Origin: Trichinella spiralis
Lineage: Eukaryota
NCBI RefSeq assembly: GCF_000181795.1
Contig: NW_003526943.1
Coordinates: forward strand, 2,303,666 to 2,367,665
DNA length: 64,000 bases
Direction: 5' to 3'
The position numbers and the translations under genes were made by a program. Positions 10,616-24,387 of the stretch are shown here, in pieces. The number at the start of each line of letters is the position of its first letter. Position 1 is the first letter of the stretch. The notes under the pieces are model-generated. The model was not told where the DNA came from, made no database searches, and saw nothing but the letters and a program-made list of their open reading frames with translations.

Positions 10616-13600
10616 CATTTTTGAATGAATTACAAAAATATTTACGAAAAAAGTTTTTTCCCCTCTTATTGGTCAATGACTAGTTGGTGATGATTACAGT
10701 TACCAAGTAATAATCAAGATCGACAATGCAATGGAAATGCAGAAAAGAAATATCAACATTGCAAAAAGAGAAGAAAAGTAAAAGAACTAAATGTGAGGAA
10801 GAGGAAAATACCACAGTTGAGAAGTGCAAAAAATCTTTTTTTCTGCAAACACTATTATTATTATTGATCGAATCTTTGTGGAGAAGTAAATTTTATACAT
10901 GAAATATTTTCCTTACTGAAATCGACGATGACAACAACTGCTACTCTTACACTACTAGTACTAGCTCTTCTCATTCTTACCCTCAGTATTCAGCTTTGTA
11001 TCCAATTCCGCTGTTTACAGTAGAAAGTGGCTAGTATTATTGATCGAAAGTGTGCCACGTTTACACATTTCCATCTCTCAGCAATGCTTCTCACTTCGAC
11101 GACAACTTTTTCCTGCCAAATGTCAGTGAAATTTACATCAGCTTTTCCCAATACTTTATACACAATTAATTGATCAAGTGATTTTTCTTTCTCAAATTAA
11201 TTTCGACAACTGTTTCAAATTTAAAAAATTGAATAATTTATCAAAACTGTAGCAGAACAACAGTTATTTATCATTGTTTAGGATTAAATTTTACCAATAA
11301 ATGAAATTTTTTAAATGCAAAATATAATATTAATAAAAATTTCAATTTTAATCTACGTTGCAACAAGCATCTGTCTGTCTGACAACTGCTGTAGTTGAAA
11401 TAGATGATCAAGTTGGTGGTGTTCAAGGTCGATCTTATTATAAAAATAAAAAAACACGTTCTCTCAGCAACAGTTTGCCAGCTGTTGTCGCAGCAAATGC
11501 AAAACTGTATTATGCAAAAATTAATTTCAACAATTCCAAATGAAGACAAATAGACACAAAATTAAATAACACTTCATTCTAAATTAAGAGAAAAGAGAAA
11601 TTCATCACCGTTATTATTTTGAAATATGATAAAATATGAATGAGAAATATGAGAAAAAAAATTATATATGCATATGCATAAGATTCAACAACTCTACCTC
11701 ATCTGTGTGTCAGCACTTCTCGTTGGCGTGGAAATTAAATAACTGAGGAATCATAATAATGATGATAATATTCACGCACAACTTACAAACTGCTCTATTG
11801 ATCAATTTCCTCCACTCGACGCCTAAATGTGACCTGCTTTTTCAGAACTAGTTGCGCAATATGATGGCAAACATCACTCCAATATAGTAGTAGTTAGTAG
11901 TTGTACTTGTTGTAATTGTAGTAGTAACTAAACAGCAGCAGCAGCAGCTTAGCTCGTTCATAACTTTTTCATGAGAAAACAATAATACCCATCGATTTTT
12001 CAATAATCCACCACCACCATGCATTTGATTGAAAAATAAGGCGATGCTGTTGTTGTTGTTAGAGAAAATACAAAAATTTGCATCAGGTGCATATATGCAA
12101 AATAGAAGAAACAGCAGAAAATTGTACTGAATAAAAGAATCCAAACTATTTACAGACAAGCATCAATTTTTACTCTCCAAGTGGAGCTGAAACTATCACG
12201 ATGGATGATCAACTTTACAATCAATGCAAAAAATTTCACCTGCTCAAATTTTGTTCGTTTATACAAAGAGAAACTGATGAAACTTTTTCATTTTTAAATA
12301 AATAATTATAAATAATCAACATTAATTCCAAAAACAATTTAAAAAATTTTTACAACAACAAGAATAAATAAAATCAATATGAAACAGATTGAATTTTTTA
12401 AATGAATACTGAAATGAAATGGAATAAATTAAATTGGAAAAAAAACAAATTACCAAAAAAAGAAAATAAAAAGAAAACATTAAGGTAAATATGAATTTTT
12501 CAAAAACAACTAGTACAGTAGAACAGTCGACGTGAGAGGAGGAGCAAAATTTGCTTGAGCATCATCAATGTGAAAAAAAAAGTGAAAAACTGGTTTGCAA
12601 TTTGCAAAAGAATTGAAATGAACCGGTTCTTCTACAGTCTCCACGTACCATGCAAATCTAGTGTTCCAACTGTACAATAACCGGACAAGCAACAGTAAGT
12701 CTGAAGACGACACGTAGACATGCAGACAGACAGACAGACAGACAGACAGAAAAAAGCAAAAACTATTAGCCAAATCATTCTTCATCAATTATCAATATAA
12801 TATATGCCAGATGAGTGAATTTGTTCTGCTTAAAAAAATAAAAATAAAAACTTGTCCCATCCATCTTATTACTGTAATTAAAATGAAAATTATCAGCATA
12901 CGATCAGCATGATTAGGCGATTGACAGACAGACGGAGAGAGAGATGGAGCTGATTTGCAAAAGCAACACCTTGACAAACGTCGTTGATCATCAATATTTG
13001 TTTCACTTGTTTAAACCTTACTTCTTGATCATCACATCTTCATCTTGAATCCAGAGTAGAACCAAATATGACCACCGACCATATACACCACTATCACTAC
13101 AATAATTCAACATCACTTTTGACAATTCAAATCAAAACCACAACTCTTTTTCCATTTATGATAACTATCAATTTATTATTATTTATCGGTATTACCAAAA
13201 GATAAGAAAAAAAATTAAATAAACATTTTCCCAGCATAATAGTACAAATAATGTGATACGTCATCATTGTTTACTAAACAAAATCAGTGAAAATGTACAC
13301 ACACACACACACACACACACACCACATACACACAATTCGAAACAATTTTTTAAAGTACACAAACCCTGAACATATATTTTATCATTTCAACAACGAAATG
13401 CTGCTCATTCGTCAATTCAATGATCGTAAAAATAATGCAAATGATCAAAAATTTGCATAATATCGTTGATTCCAACTTGAAATCACTGACAATAAATAAA
13501 TAAATAATTTAAACAAATCTCCGTTCATTATTTCATCAAAGATTAATCTATTTGAAATCTGTTTTACAAACAAGAAATAATAAATTTTTTTTCATTATTT

Positions 13601-15419
13601 TTTATTTTTCAATAAAAACCACTATATGCAAAAAGAGAAAAAAATTGATCGCCTTAACTAAAATCGAATTATGAAACATTAGAACAATTATACAATGTGG
13701 AAAAAATCAATTTGTTTGATTGAAAATTATCCAATTTCACCATGCAAATTACAAAAACAACTTTTTCACATCGATTCGACTAACAATTCGGAACACAAAT
13801 CAATCAATCATCAACTGAAGTAAACAATAAACCGCAAGTGGAAAATGTGAACAAAGCAAAAAGCACAGGCAGAATAAAACAATATTAATTAATTGAGTAA
13901 TTAATGTGGAATATATCTATTGAAAATTCTCTATCGCATATTTTTCTCCAAGCTAAAAAAAAATCAAGCACCTGCTTGCACATATAATAAAATTAATTAT
14001 TAAAAACATTTTTTTTCTTACTTTCAAAGGAAGAAGAATAAGGAATTATTCACTGATAAAAAAAACAATAATTCTCTTCATCATCCATCTTTGTGCATAA
14101 TTTCAATTTTCGCACAACTGAAAAATCGAAAACTACGTGCAATGAATGTACAATCGTTTCCATTGAACAAAATAATAATAATAAATAAGATAAAATATCC
14201 AACAAGCTTTCTACAAATTTGCTAACTCACAAATGCGTCGAACAAGCTTGTAGTATGCATGCATTTATGAATGCCTCCCCCTCTCCCTCTTTCTCCCTCC
14301 CTTTGTGTGTGTGTGTGTGTGTGTGCGCGCGCATAATATTCACGTTGACGCGTGCTGATCACGCAAATGACGATGAAAAATCAATTACCAACGCTGCATA
14401 CCAGCCGGAGGTTGGACAACAAAAGCTCAAGACAAACATCGAACAGAGATGCTGAACGGAACACTGGAAAAGGGATGACAAATAAATGATAAACCCAACT
14501 CGTCCATTATTATTATCTGCATACGTAAATTATGATAAAACAAAAAAAAACAGAGAACAAGCATGCAATTATCCTCCTTTTTCGCCCTATACGCAATCCT
14601 CTAACAACACAACTTTCGCATCAAATGCAATAATCATCATCATATGCAAGAAGAAGTAGCAGCATCAACAACAACAATAGTAATAGTAATAGTAATAGCA
14701 ACGGAAGCAGCAACAGCGGTAAAAGCAGCAAATGGCAGTTGCGCGTTTTCGAAGACAGAAAAGCCACCAAGCCTGCTAAAAATTATTATGCTTTCAAACA
14801 GACAGGCAGGAACAAAGTGGGCATTTTGGAAGAATTAAAGGCACACGAAAATCAGCAATATGCTTCTTATTCTCTCACTCGCTCTCTCTCTATTGACTGA
14901 CTAGCTATCAATCGCCAATGCTTAATTATTTCTCCACTTCCATTTGCAGCTTCATTATTGCATACAAGCAGTAAAAAATGGGAAGACAAAAATACCCAAT
15001 AGCAAATGAAAACCGGATGCACGCATTTTCTGGCCGAAAAGCATAGCATACTTTGGGGGTAAACCTACAACCGACAATATAGGACAGGTGAAAAGAGGAC
15101 AAACAAAACGCAATCACGTGCCTATCCCGAACGACAGGTGACCTGCATACACATATTAGCAAATGCGATTGCGCATAAACCACGCAGAACAGAAAAATAT
15201 ACACATTTTATCGATATACAACTGAAAAACATGCTTCAAGCAACTGGCCGGAATTTCAATCCAAATAACGCAACCAGCAGGTAGATAGATGGACAGACAG
15301 ACAGACAGACAGATGATAAACAAATATTATACATTTATATGTATGCATAAATAGGAGACGATGAAAAAAAGTTGAAAAAATTCGATCGCCAACACAAGCA
15401 CAAGCTAAAACCGCTTGCT

Positions 15420-15760
15420 CCTAGGGAACATTGTTGACGTCGACGTTCAGCCAATCAGCTGTTCGCTTTATTTATCCTCGCTCCAATGTCATTCAAATTG
15501 ATCCTTACTATCGATTGGTGTCGCGCCAACCGGTGTGACCAGACCACGCATTGACGTCCACATTTCCGGACGGGTAAAATTTTTGCAAAAGTCCAAAAAT
15601 TTTCCACCACGCCCGACGCCATGACGACCCGCATCCAATGCAATCGATCGCCAAGCAGACAATGCTGCAGACGAGCAGATAAAAATGCACCAATTGACAA
15701 ATCCTCTTCCTCCATCCCTCCTCCCCCTCACTTCTTTTTCTTGACGCGACAACGAACAAA
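15420..15760. promoter_or_regulatory. CpG-rich promoter-like island, probably the distal brat promoter
   Basis: Locally GC/CpG-rich. CCAAT at 15451, 15483, 15514 (ATTGG), 15635 and 15690; TGACGT at 15435 and 15552; TTTCCGG (ETS-like) near 15563. Confidence 0.45.
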
Positions 15761-16728
15761 TCGTCCTTTGCAGATAGAAAATTTTAACACTTGCAATAAT
15801 ATCAAAAAAGAAAAACTAAACAAAACATTTAAAAAATTTTGAATAAATTCAATTAATTGTAAAATATTTGCAAAATAAAAACAACAATAATTTTGAATTT
15901 TTCAAATCAACTACGCTCACTATGCATTATATAAATAATTTACCTTCCCATGAAATCTCTTTTTTTGGAATATAAATTTCGACAAATATATCTAGAAACT
16001 GCATAAAAAGAAACTTGTCAATCAAATCACATCGCACATTAATCGGCGCATACACTTGAAAACCGCTGCAAAACAAGTCCAATTTGATAACAACATGATT
16101 TTCAAGCATTATTTACACAGGTGCAATAATTTCATCCAACTATCCTTATAAACAGTATGCAATTTCACAAATAGCATTTTCAATTTATACATTCACAACT
16201 GCGGATAATTGAAATGCAATTTTTATATTTTGAATTTTATTTACAGAATAATCAATTTTCCAAAAAAAAGAATTACATGATATGAATTATTTTCACTTGT
16301 TTCACATTCAACTGCAATTTTTTATTCCGTCTTGAATTTTGAATCACATGAATTGATATTGTGGTTAAAATTTGTTCTATTGAATAAATAATATTTTAAA
16401 GTAATCCTGTATTACCAGAAACGCAGCTAATTGTCACCAACTTTATGGTGTTAATTTGAACAAATTTTCTTATAATTTAGAAATCATAAAAAAATCAAAT
16501 GTATTATCAACATAACGCAGAATAACTGTTTATATGTCTACCTTAGTTGCTTTCTACTGATAATCTTTTGTTCGGCATGCATGTTAGGAATTAAAAATGC
16601 TTTGATCCTTTATATTATGTTAATACTGTTCATTCTGATAATAATAAACGACTAACATACAAAATGTGCAACAGATATCCCATAAAGTCATTTTTTACAA
16701 CATGTAACTGTAATTTCAGATTATGAAA

Positions 16729-16985
16729 GCCTAAATAAAAAGTACCGTATATCAGTTTGTACCTGAACATCAGAACAGCCGGTAGCGATGAAGGCAGTAA
16801 TAAGAGGCGGTCGTGTGTGTGGTTGGTTATTTTGGTTTCGTCTCTCTGTGTGTGTATGTGCATTCTTATCTTGCTTATTATTCTTTGTCTCATAATAAAT
16901 TGTGTACTTTAGATGCCTCGTCAGGAGATGTAAGCGGAACACCACCCGAACTAGCGGGCCGAAGTGTGCCAGTGAGCGCATTACA
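16729..16985 (+). mobile_element. LTR copy A of a degenerate Gypsy-like element (5' part apparently missing)
   Basis: Diverged direct repeat of 18674-18950 with shared block ACAGCCGGTAGCGATGAAGGCAGTAA. Ends TTACA and is followed by TGAGGGGCTCTCC, resembling the tRNA-Pro PBS TGGGGGCTCGTCC. Confidence 0.7.
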
Positions 16986-17830
16986 TATGAGGGGCTCTCC
17001 AAAAACTGGTCTCCCCGCTTTTCATACAGCATAAAGCACGACGTGTTGGCGTCAACCAGCGCTATTTACTTCGAGCACCGAACCAATTCCCAGGGTTAAG
17101 GCGAAGTATTCCTTAACCATAATGGCACTTCATATAATTAATGAGCTCCATTGAGAATTGAATCGGCTACAGCGAATGGCAGGTGAACCGATCGACACAT
17201 TTGCAGACCGAGTCTAACAAGCTGGGGACAAGCTCCTTCTCGAGGAGCTGCGTAATATCGAACTATGTTGGAAGCCCTTTTGGGCAATGAACCAACTAGT
17301 ATTGAACAAGCTCATCGAAAGGCTATATACTACCGCTAAGGTCAGATTACGAGTTACGCCCGCAGTGGCGACTTGAAGAGTTAGAAGCGACATTGGAACA
17401 ATATTGGACAAGCCATAAAGTAAAAGAGAATCGGAGCGCGCCTAATCTGTCACCATCGGCGCGAGGCCGCGAGATAAATAACTGACACGGCAGCTGCGCA
17501 CATTCGCAACGTGCCGATTGTAAATAGCACCATCCACGATTACAGCATTTTGTCTCTGTCCGGCGGGGCTAGAAATCTTGTTGAAACTGGCTACAGACTT
17601 CATTGACAAATCAGCGATGAGTCAGAACGTGAAAAAACAAACGGAATGGTGCATCTCAGCATCACCCACCACCAAGAAACGTTTCACGAACCCAGATGTG
17701 AAATTTTCAGTTATGGGCAACCACACGTGCCCGGTGATGTGAAACGTGACGAAAGATCTCGTCCGAGCAATACGGAGATTGAAACTGAAAATCCTGCAAA
17801 GGTCGTTATCGAAGCACAAGACGAACCCTA
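16986..17830 (+). pseudogene. Decayed retrotransposon internal region (gag-like remnant)
   Basis: Near 17150-17230 it reads ELNRLQRMAGEPIDTFADRV*QAG, like the gag Q..GE.I..F..R motif; stops and frameshifts present. Confidence 0.5.
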
Positions 17831-17962
17831 GCAGGGAGCTAACAGAGTTTTACAATTAGCTGGTAAGCAATGCCTCTACCAGCTTAGATACTTCCGCTTT
17901 TTTTTCTAACGTGAGACCTGGTCCGGTACCCAATGGTGTATAATTATAATATGATGACCAGT

Positions 17963-18080
17963 GATTTATTGATTTTTGCCACAGAGGCTGTTGTGAGGCT
18001 GCTGGCTCAGAGTAACTGCTAGTGCGGGGATGGGATCTTTAAGATTCTTCCATCCTGGTACCAGCGGTTGTTCACCCTCC
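17963..18080 (+). mobile_element. MULE (Mutator-like) transposase fragment
   Basis: DLLIFATEAVVRLLAQSNC*CGDGIFKILPSWYQRLFTL matches the MULE motif W..DGTFK..P..F.QLYT.H, with an in-frame stop. Confidence 0.75.
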
Positions 18081-18673
18081 CATGGGAGGAGGTATCAGTC
18101 TTCTGAAGCAGGTGATGTGTTCTCAGCAAAGCGATCTGGCATGAATGATAACTAAATTGATTGTGATTGAACTAAATGATTGATTCTTTGTGTTGTTGGA
18201 GTTGTTTAGATTTGAATAAAATTTCATTAAAAATTCCCAGACTATTTCTAATGCAAAAAATATTCAAACTTGCAATAATAATAGGTAAGATTTAATTAAA
18301 TTTCTGCTTAACAACAAATTGTTGTTAAAATACTTGTGCACGTTAGTTGGCATTAAAAAAGTGAAATTGAATTTCGAAAAATCAATAAATTGAACCAGCT
18401 TAGAACCGGTTCAGGCATAAAAATTAGCCAACCGGACTGAACTGGATAATGGAAAAACTAAACTGGACCGGTTCAAGACCGGTCGACAAGCTCAAGCATG
18501 ACTTCGAGCGTTCTCCCGGCTGAGTTTTCTCGGCTAGTGTTTTTTTTTAATTTTTCACTCATATTTATCCGGGGCGTTGGCCCGACTCAGCGTCTGGTAG
18601 GCCAGATCTACTGGATTGGTCCATTAATCATCGTAATTTCGGCAGTTGACTATCTATGCATCTGGCGTTGGCG

Positions 18674-18950
18674 GCCTATAAAGTACCGTATACCATCAGT
18701 TGGTACTTGAATATCAGGACAGCCGGTAGCGATGAAGGCAGTAACATGAAGAGGTGGTGCTTGTGGTTGATTGCCTTGTTTTCTTTCGTCTCTCTGTGTG
18801 AATGTGCGTTTGCATTTGAATTTTGCGTATTGTCGCATGATAAATTGTGTATTTAAAATACCTGGTGGAGAAATTAAAATGGAAAACCACCCAAACGCGT
18901 CGGTCGAGACCAGCGGCTTCAGGGTGTGCCATTGAGCGCTGCGCGTTACA
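18674..18950 (+). mobile_element. LTR copy B (may extend upstream to about 18570)
   Basis: Aligns by eye with 16729-16985 and ends GTTACA. Confidence 0.7.
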
Positions 18951-20050
18951 ATGTAAATGCACTTTTCAGTGTCTGTTCCATACAGTGGTTAAAGTGATGC
19001 AGTATTGCTAAACAACTGGCAAACTTTTGCTTTTTTTATAATTTTCTCTTAAGCTTAACCGATTTCAAATTTCATAACTTTTTGTTAATTTAAATTAGTC
19101 ATGGTATTTTAACGATTATTCTTATTTCATCAATTTTTAGTGCATCTTGATTTTGAGATGCTGTAGTTTGCAGTTACATTTCTGTTTAGTTTGTGAGCAC
19201 TTTTGGTGCTCATTAATCATATGTAATTCATATAAACAAAACTTAAACTGAATTTGAATGAAAAATCATACTAAGCATGTTTATCAGACATATTTGTGAT
19301 CATTTTTGAGTGAATTGTTTGGTTCAAATAAATTATTAATTCGAAAGAGTTGTTTATCATTAAAGTATTCAGAACAGTTTTCACAATGTTTAACACGTGA
19401 CAAGTGCGCCATCTGACCGCATGTTCAAAAATGTTTAGTGAATTAATATAAAAGGAATTCTGTGAAGCTTCATTTCAACGTTTAATGTAATTAATGTAAT
19501 TAGTAAACATGCATATCATATAGCATTTGCTATTTACATTATTATTTCAAGTTAAAGCATAAATTTTAAACAGTAATTTGTAAGTTGCTTATAAAATTTT
19601 CTCGATTTGCTAACTGGCGATATTTCTTCACAACAGAGGGAACAACACTCATAATGAACATCTACAATTGTTTATTTGGAGCACAACATCCCACCACTCC
19701 TTACAAACACCAATAACTGATGGTGTACTTACCGTATTTTAGGTGAATGCGTACATGATTTTCTGGTATACTGCAATAACAAACTGTAATGTTATAAAAA
19801 TAATTGCTAGTAATATAGGGGGTTTGAGGTTGGGTGTGTAATAATTATTAATTTATCACATTTGAGGAACAGTAAAAAATGACTGCTTGTGCTGTCATAA
19901 TTATGACTGATTAAACATTATAATGTGAATGCGGTTCTTGTAGTAAATCGTTTTCTTGTATATTTTCGCTGCTTTATATTTATATTTGTAAAATCATTAT
20001 ATGTATATATATATATGTATTTGAATCGAATTGATGATTTTCAGTAAACA

Positions 20051-22603
20051 ATGCAAGAAGATGAATTACCTGATCGATTCTCTGTTATTTTACTCGGAAC
20101 AGGTATAGTGTTTGTTTGCTAGTATTTTAATGTGGCGCTTTTAATAAAATTATGTATAATTAAAGGATTTTCTGAATCAGTTCTTTCTGCCGCGTGCAGC
20201 ACTGCTGGTTTTAGTGTTTTGCATATTGATAGGCAAGTCGAATTGTAATATTTTAGTGCAGATTATGATAATTTTTAAATTGTTTAACAATTTTTGCTAA
20301 ATATGTACGCAGATTTTTAACATTTGTTTCTTTCAGTAGCGACGTATATGGTGGAAATTTGGCAACTCTTGACTTGGACCATTTGATAAAATGGCTTCAC
20401 AATGGAGGAATATTGTGGAATTCAGAAGAAATACAAGCACCTGATCTCTCTCGTTTCATAAACGAAGACGAATGTCTGTTTCCAATTGGAGATCGACAGC
20501 AGATTGGGAAGACCATTTTTAACGTGAAATATGAATGGCATATGTAAAGCTTATTGATGCAGAATGAAATTCTCATTTTAACAATAATATAACTCCTATA
20601 GACCAGATAAAGAGGAAAAAGTGATTGAAGGTGTTGAAGTGAAAAATACTGATGAAATAGCAAAGCCAATCGACAGAGATTATTTAAAAGAAAATAATCA
20701 TCGATTTAGTATCGATACAAATCCAAGAGTAGTTCAATTAAAAATTGAAAATATTATAAATAGTGAAAATGGACAGTTGTAGGTAGTTTATGCGAATGGA
20801 TCTTTGGTTAATTTGCTTCTCCGGTCTCAATGCGCACCATATTTAGAATTTAAATGCATCGATCGGTTGTTTACATATTTTCAAGATGAGCTGAGGACGG
20901 TAGAACATTTTTTATGTTGCAAAAATATTAAATTTTGAATGTTATATATTTGTAGGTTCCATGTTCTAGAACTGAAGTGTTTGCATCGAGGGAGATTGAA
21001 AAAATGGACAAAAGGCTGTTGATGCAGTTTTTATCGTTTTGTTTTCAGTATGAAAAATTTCCAGAACAGTGGTTAGGTATATGTTGATATTATTCATTTA
21101 TTGCAGTGATATTTCATTAAAATATGATATATTGAATAGAATTTGAAAATCGACCCGCATTGGAATTCATGGAACATAAAAAGCTACCGCCGTTGGTGCA
21201 GCATCACCTTTTGCAAGCGCTTGCCCTAGGGACGTCACAGACCACGACAAAGCAGGTACTGTTGTTGATACTTATTGTTGCATACATTTATTTATTTATT
21301 CAATCTTAACGGTATCAAAATTTACAACTTATTAACCTCCTATATTTTCTACATTTCTGTATAGTTCTCTATTCATATGTTGTTTTTTTTTATTTTTAAT
21401 TTCAGTTTTTGCAACGGCTGCACCGTTTTATCCAAGGTGTGGGCAGGTTTGGTACATCACCGTATCTTTGGACAATTCACGGCAGTGGTGAACTGCCGCA
21501 GGCGTTTTGCCGTTGTGCGGCGGTGAACGGTGCCGTATATTGCTTACGACGGCCAGTCCGAGCTTGGATTTTCAACAAACAACGGTCAGCTCTGCATATT
21601 GTTTGTTGTGGATAAAATTGATTTTCATGCATGCGCTTTGCTTTAGTAAAGCCGTGGTGGCAGTTGTGATCGGCAACCAGCGAATCAGTTGTGATTTCTT
21701 GGTTACTGACCGCAGCTATGTACCGGAAGAGTTGTGGCCTGCTGAACTTGAAGATCATCACATGGCGCGAGCAATTCTCATAACTGACAAAACATTGCGT
21801 GTTTCGAAAAGTCAGCTCAAGCCTGTTGAAAATGTTCCAATAGTTTTGCTTTTTTAAGCATATCTTCGGATAATGTTCAAATGACGCTTTTCAGGTCTCG
21901 ATGTTAGCATTTTGTACAGAAGCGAATGAGAATCCGATTTTATTGTTCGACTCGGCTTCTGGCGTCTGTGCCAGCCCCAAAGGAACCAGTGAGTTCGATG
22001 AATGTTTTGTTATTGTGGAAAATATTTTGCATTGGATGTGATTGCAGGCGTTGTGAATATCATGTCGCCGGTCAGTTGCGACGATTCACGCGAACTGTTC
22101 CAGCCAACTGTGCAGCGTTTATTTTCGACCGCATCTTCAGAAAGTATGCAACTTTGTTGTTTTGTATGATTAATTTCATATGAACGGAAAAACGACTTTT
22201 CAATTGTAGATTCTGATGCTGACAATATGGAAAAACCTCGGCTAATTTTTTCTGCATATTTCACTCAAAAAGTGGCTAAAACAGATGTTGACTTGGCGAA
22301 GAGAAAATTGTTTGAAAATGTGATTGTGACTTCATTGCCGTCTTACAATGTAGATCTGGATGATGTTGTCGATGAGGTAAGTTATTTTTCCCTTTTTTTA
22401 TTTTAAACGAAGCAGCTTCAAATCAAATGCTTCTTTATGAAAGGCAGATTTGTTTTTTCTTAATTTTGATTATCGATAATTTCAATTTTATTCGAGAATG
22501 TAATTCCATTTAGACAGAAAAGTTGTTCAAAATTTTATGGAACGACATGCCATTTTTTCCACCAAAGAAAAGCGACACATCAGTAGAAGAAATGGAAGAA
22601 TAA
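20051..22603 (+). CDS. CHM: Rab escort protein (Rab geranylgeranyltransferase component A, REP/CHM family), multi-exon
   Basis: MQEDELPDRFSVILLGTGFSESVLSAACSTAGFSVLHID..YGG, RFSIDTNPR, SRTEVFASREIEKMDKRLLMQFL, GRFGTSPYLWTIHGSGELPQAFCRCAAVNGAVYCL; terminal FFPPKKSDTSVEEMEE*. TTTTCAG lies just upstream of the ATG. Confidence 0.88.
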
Positions 22604-23119
22604 ATTACATTCACTTTCATTAGGGGAAGTTATTTTGTAAATTGCTGTATTCGTCATCATGCGGCATGCAAATTTATAATGAAATAATCATTGCAAGCAG
22701 TCATTTTTCAACTATTTGTTTGTGAAGAAACTGAATTGAGGCAGAGTTTTCTCTATGCGTCGGCATTGGTTTCTGAATTTGGTTTTTCAGAGAGCAAAAG
22801 CTTTATGAGAATAATTTTCATTTTGCATTTACATAAGTGAAATGGTTTTTTTTGTTTTGTTTTTCAGCATATATCATGGGCAAAATGTAATGGAGTTTTT
22901 CTCAAAACTCGTTAACTCTATTAATTTGAAATAGACTCATATTAATTGATTATTGAACAAATCAAAAGTTTGCTTTTTTACTCTCACATAGAAAAGCATT
23001 TTTGCACATTTTCACCAGAAGATATAGTTCGAATTCAAATTTTAAAAACAAAAGGAATTCTTCATAAGTTAAAAAAATGTAAATATTCCATTGATTGCTG
23101 TTAAGTTTTCATTCATTTT

Positions 23120-23572
23120 TTAAAACTCTAATTTGCAAGTCATACATTTTTTCACCTTCAGGGGCGGCATACAACACAAGTAGACAAGACTTATTGGAAA
23201 CGTGATAATCATGAGCAATACAATTAGAATAAAGCGCTTCGAATTATCAACATTTACGAGGGGCATCTGAAATTTGTATTTCATTTAATCATTTTGTTAT
23301 CGTTTAATGCATAAAAAACATTTTTTACTTGGCACTGTGGACAAACTTTAACAGTCGTGGCATTGTTCGTTCTGCATGACTTCATTACATTAACGGTGGT
23401 CAGATGCCTCGACTTTTGTTGTGCTGCTGTAAGTTTCTAGTTCAATCATTGAATGTTGCATAATAATTTCATATGTACAATGTTTGTTACCTGATGCATC
23501 ATTTGATACTGGAATCGAATTGCCCGGATACGGCGGTGGTGATTCTGCAGCATATTGGCCAGACTTTGACAT
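23120..23572 (-). CDS. Small LITAF/BRI3-like membrane-associated zinc-binding protein, 3 exons
   Basis: N-terminal PPPY, then KVCPQCQ, hydrophobic FILIVLLMIITFPISLVYLCC, and KKCMTCKLEF*; GT-AG introns. Confidence 0.75.
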
Positions 23573-24223
23573 GATATACTAATTTAAAGAAAGTGGAAAA
23601 TTATTGGTACATTGATAAATTGAGCAGTTTTGATTTTGAAAATGACAATTCATAAGCAATGACTTTTTATTGACTTTGTCATAGCTAACAGTATTTGAAA
23701 TTCAAGAAAATCAGACAATTTGAATTTTATAAAAATGAATAAATTTCCAAAGCGGCATGCATTGAAATATAGGACATTTTATAATATCATAAATTTGCGT
23801 AATACACAATTTCCACTTTTGAATTATTATTATTATTATTATTATTATCATAAATGATGAATGATATTTAAAAAGTTGAGATATTATTTTAAAAAATTTT
23901 GTAAATAATTGATTTCAAAGCAGTGTTATTATTTAGAAACATCCGTTTGAATAATATTTAAAATAGAAATGTGCTTAAAATAAAAATAAGTAAGTAAATA
24001 GATATTTTAAACCTTGGGCGATGCATGTTGCGCAATAATTTAATTTCACGTTGAAATAAAATTTCATCAAATTAATACATTCATTAATTATATATTAGAA
24101 TTGAAAAAATTTTAATAAAATTAATTTACCATCAATACTACAATTGAAAGATTTTAAATTGAACAGTAATCCGTTCTAAAATATCCTTGCACATTAATTA
24201 CTGTAGGTGGCCTTGTTTCTTTA

Positions 24224-24382
24224 GCGGGAAATATCTTCAGTGTCTGTCGATATTTTTTGGTTGTTGTTTCCACATCAGTTCGACTGAATTGCTTAACTTT
24301 GTAGAAATTTCTGGTAGAAATTCTGTCGCGAAACATTTTTGCAAAACATTGCTGCATTGTTTAACGTTTAGAAATTTCCCGA
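24224..24382. promoter_or_regulatory. E2F-type sites upstream of MCM2
   Basis: GCGGGAAA at 24224-24231, CGCGAAA near 24327, TTTCCCG near 24375. Confidence 0.55.
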
Positions 24383-24387
24383 ACAAA

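Noticed and set aside
8000..16700. Many 60-110 aa ORFs upstream of brat
   Set aside because: Low-complexity, microsatellite-derived translations with no consistent exon chain
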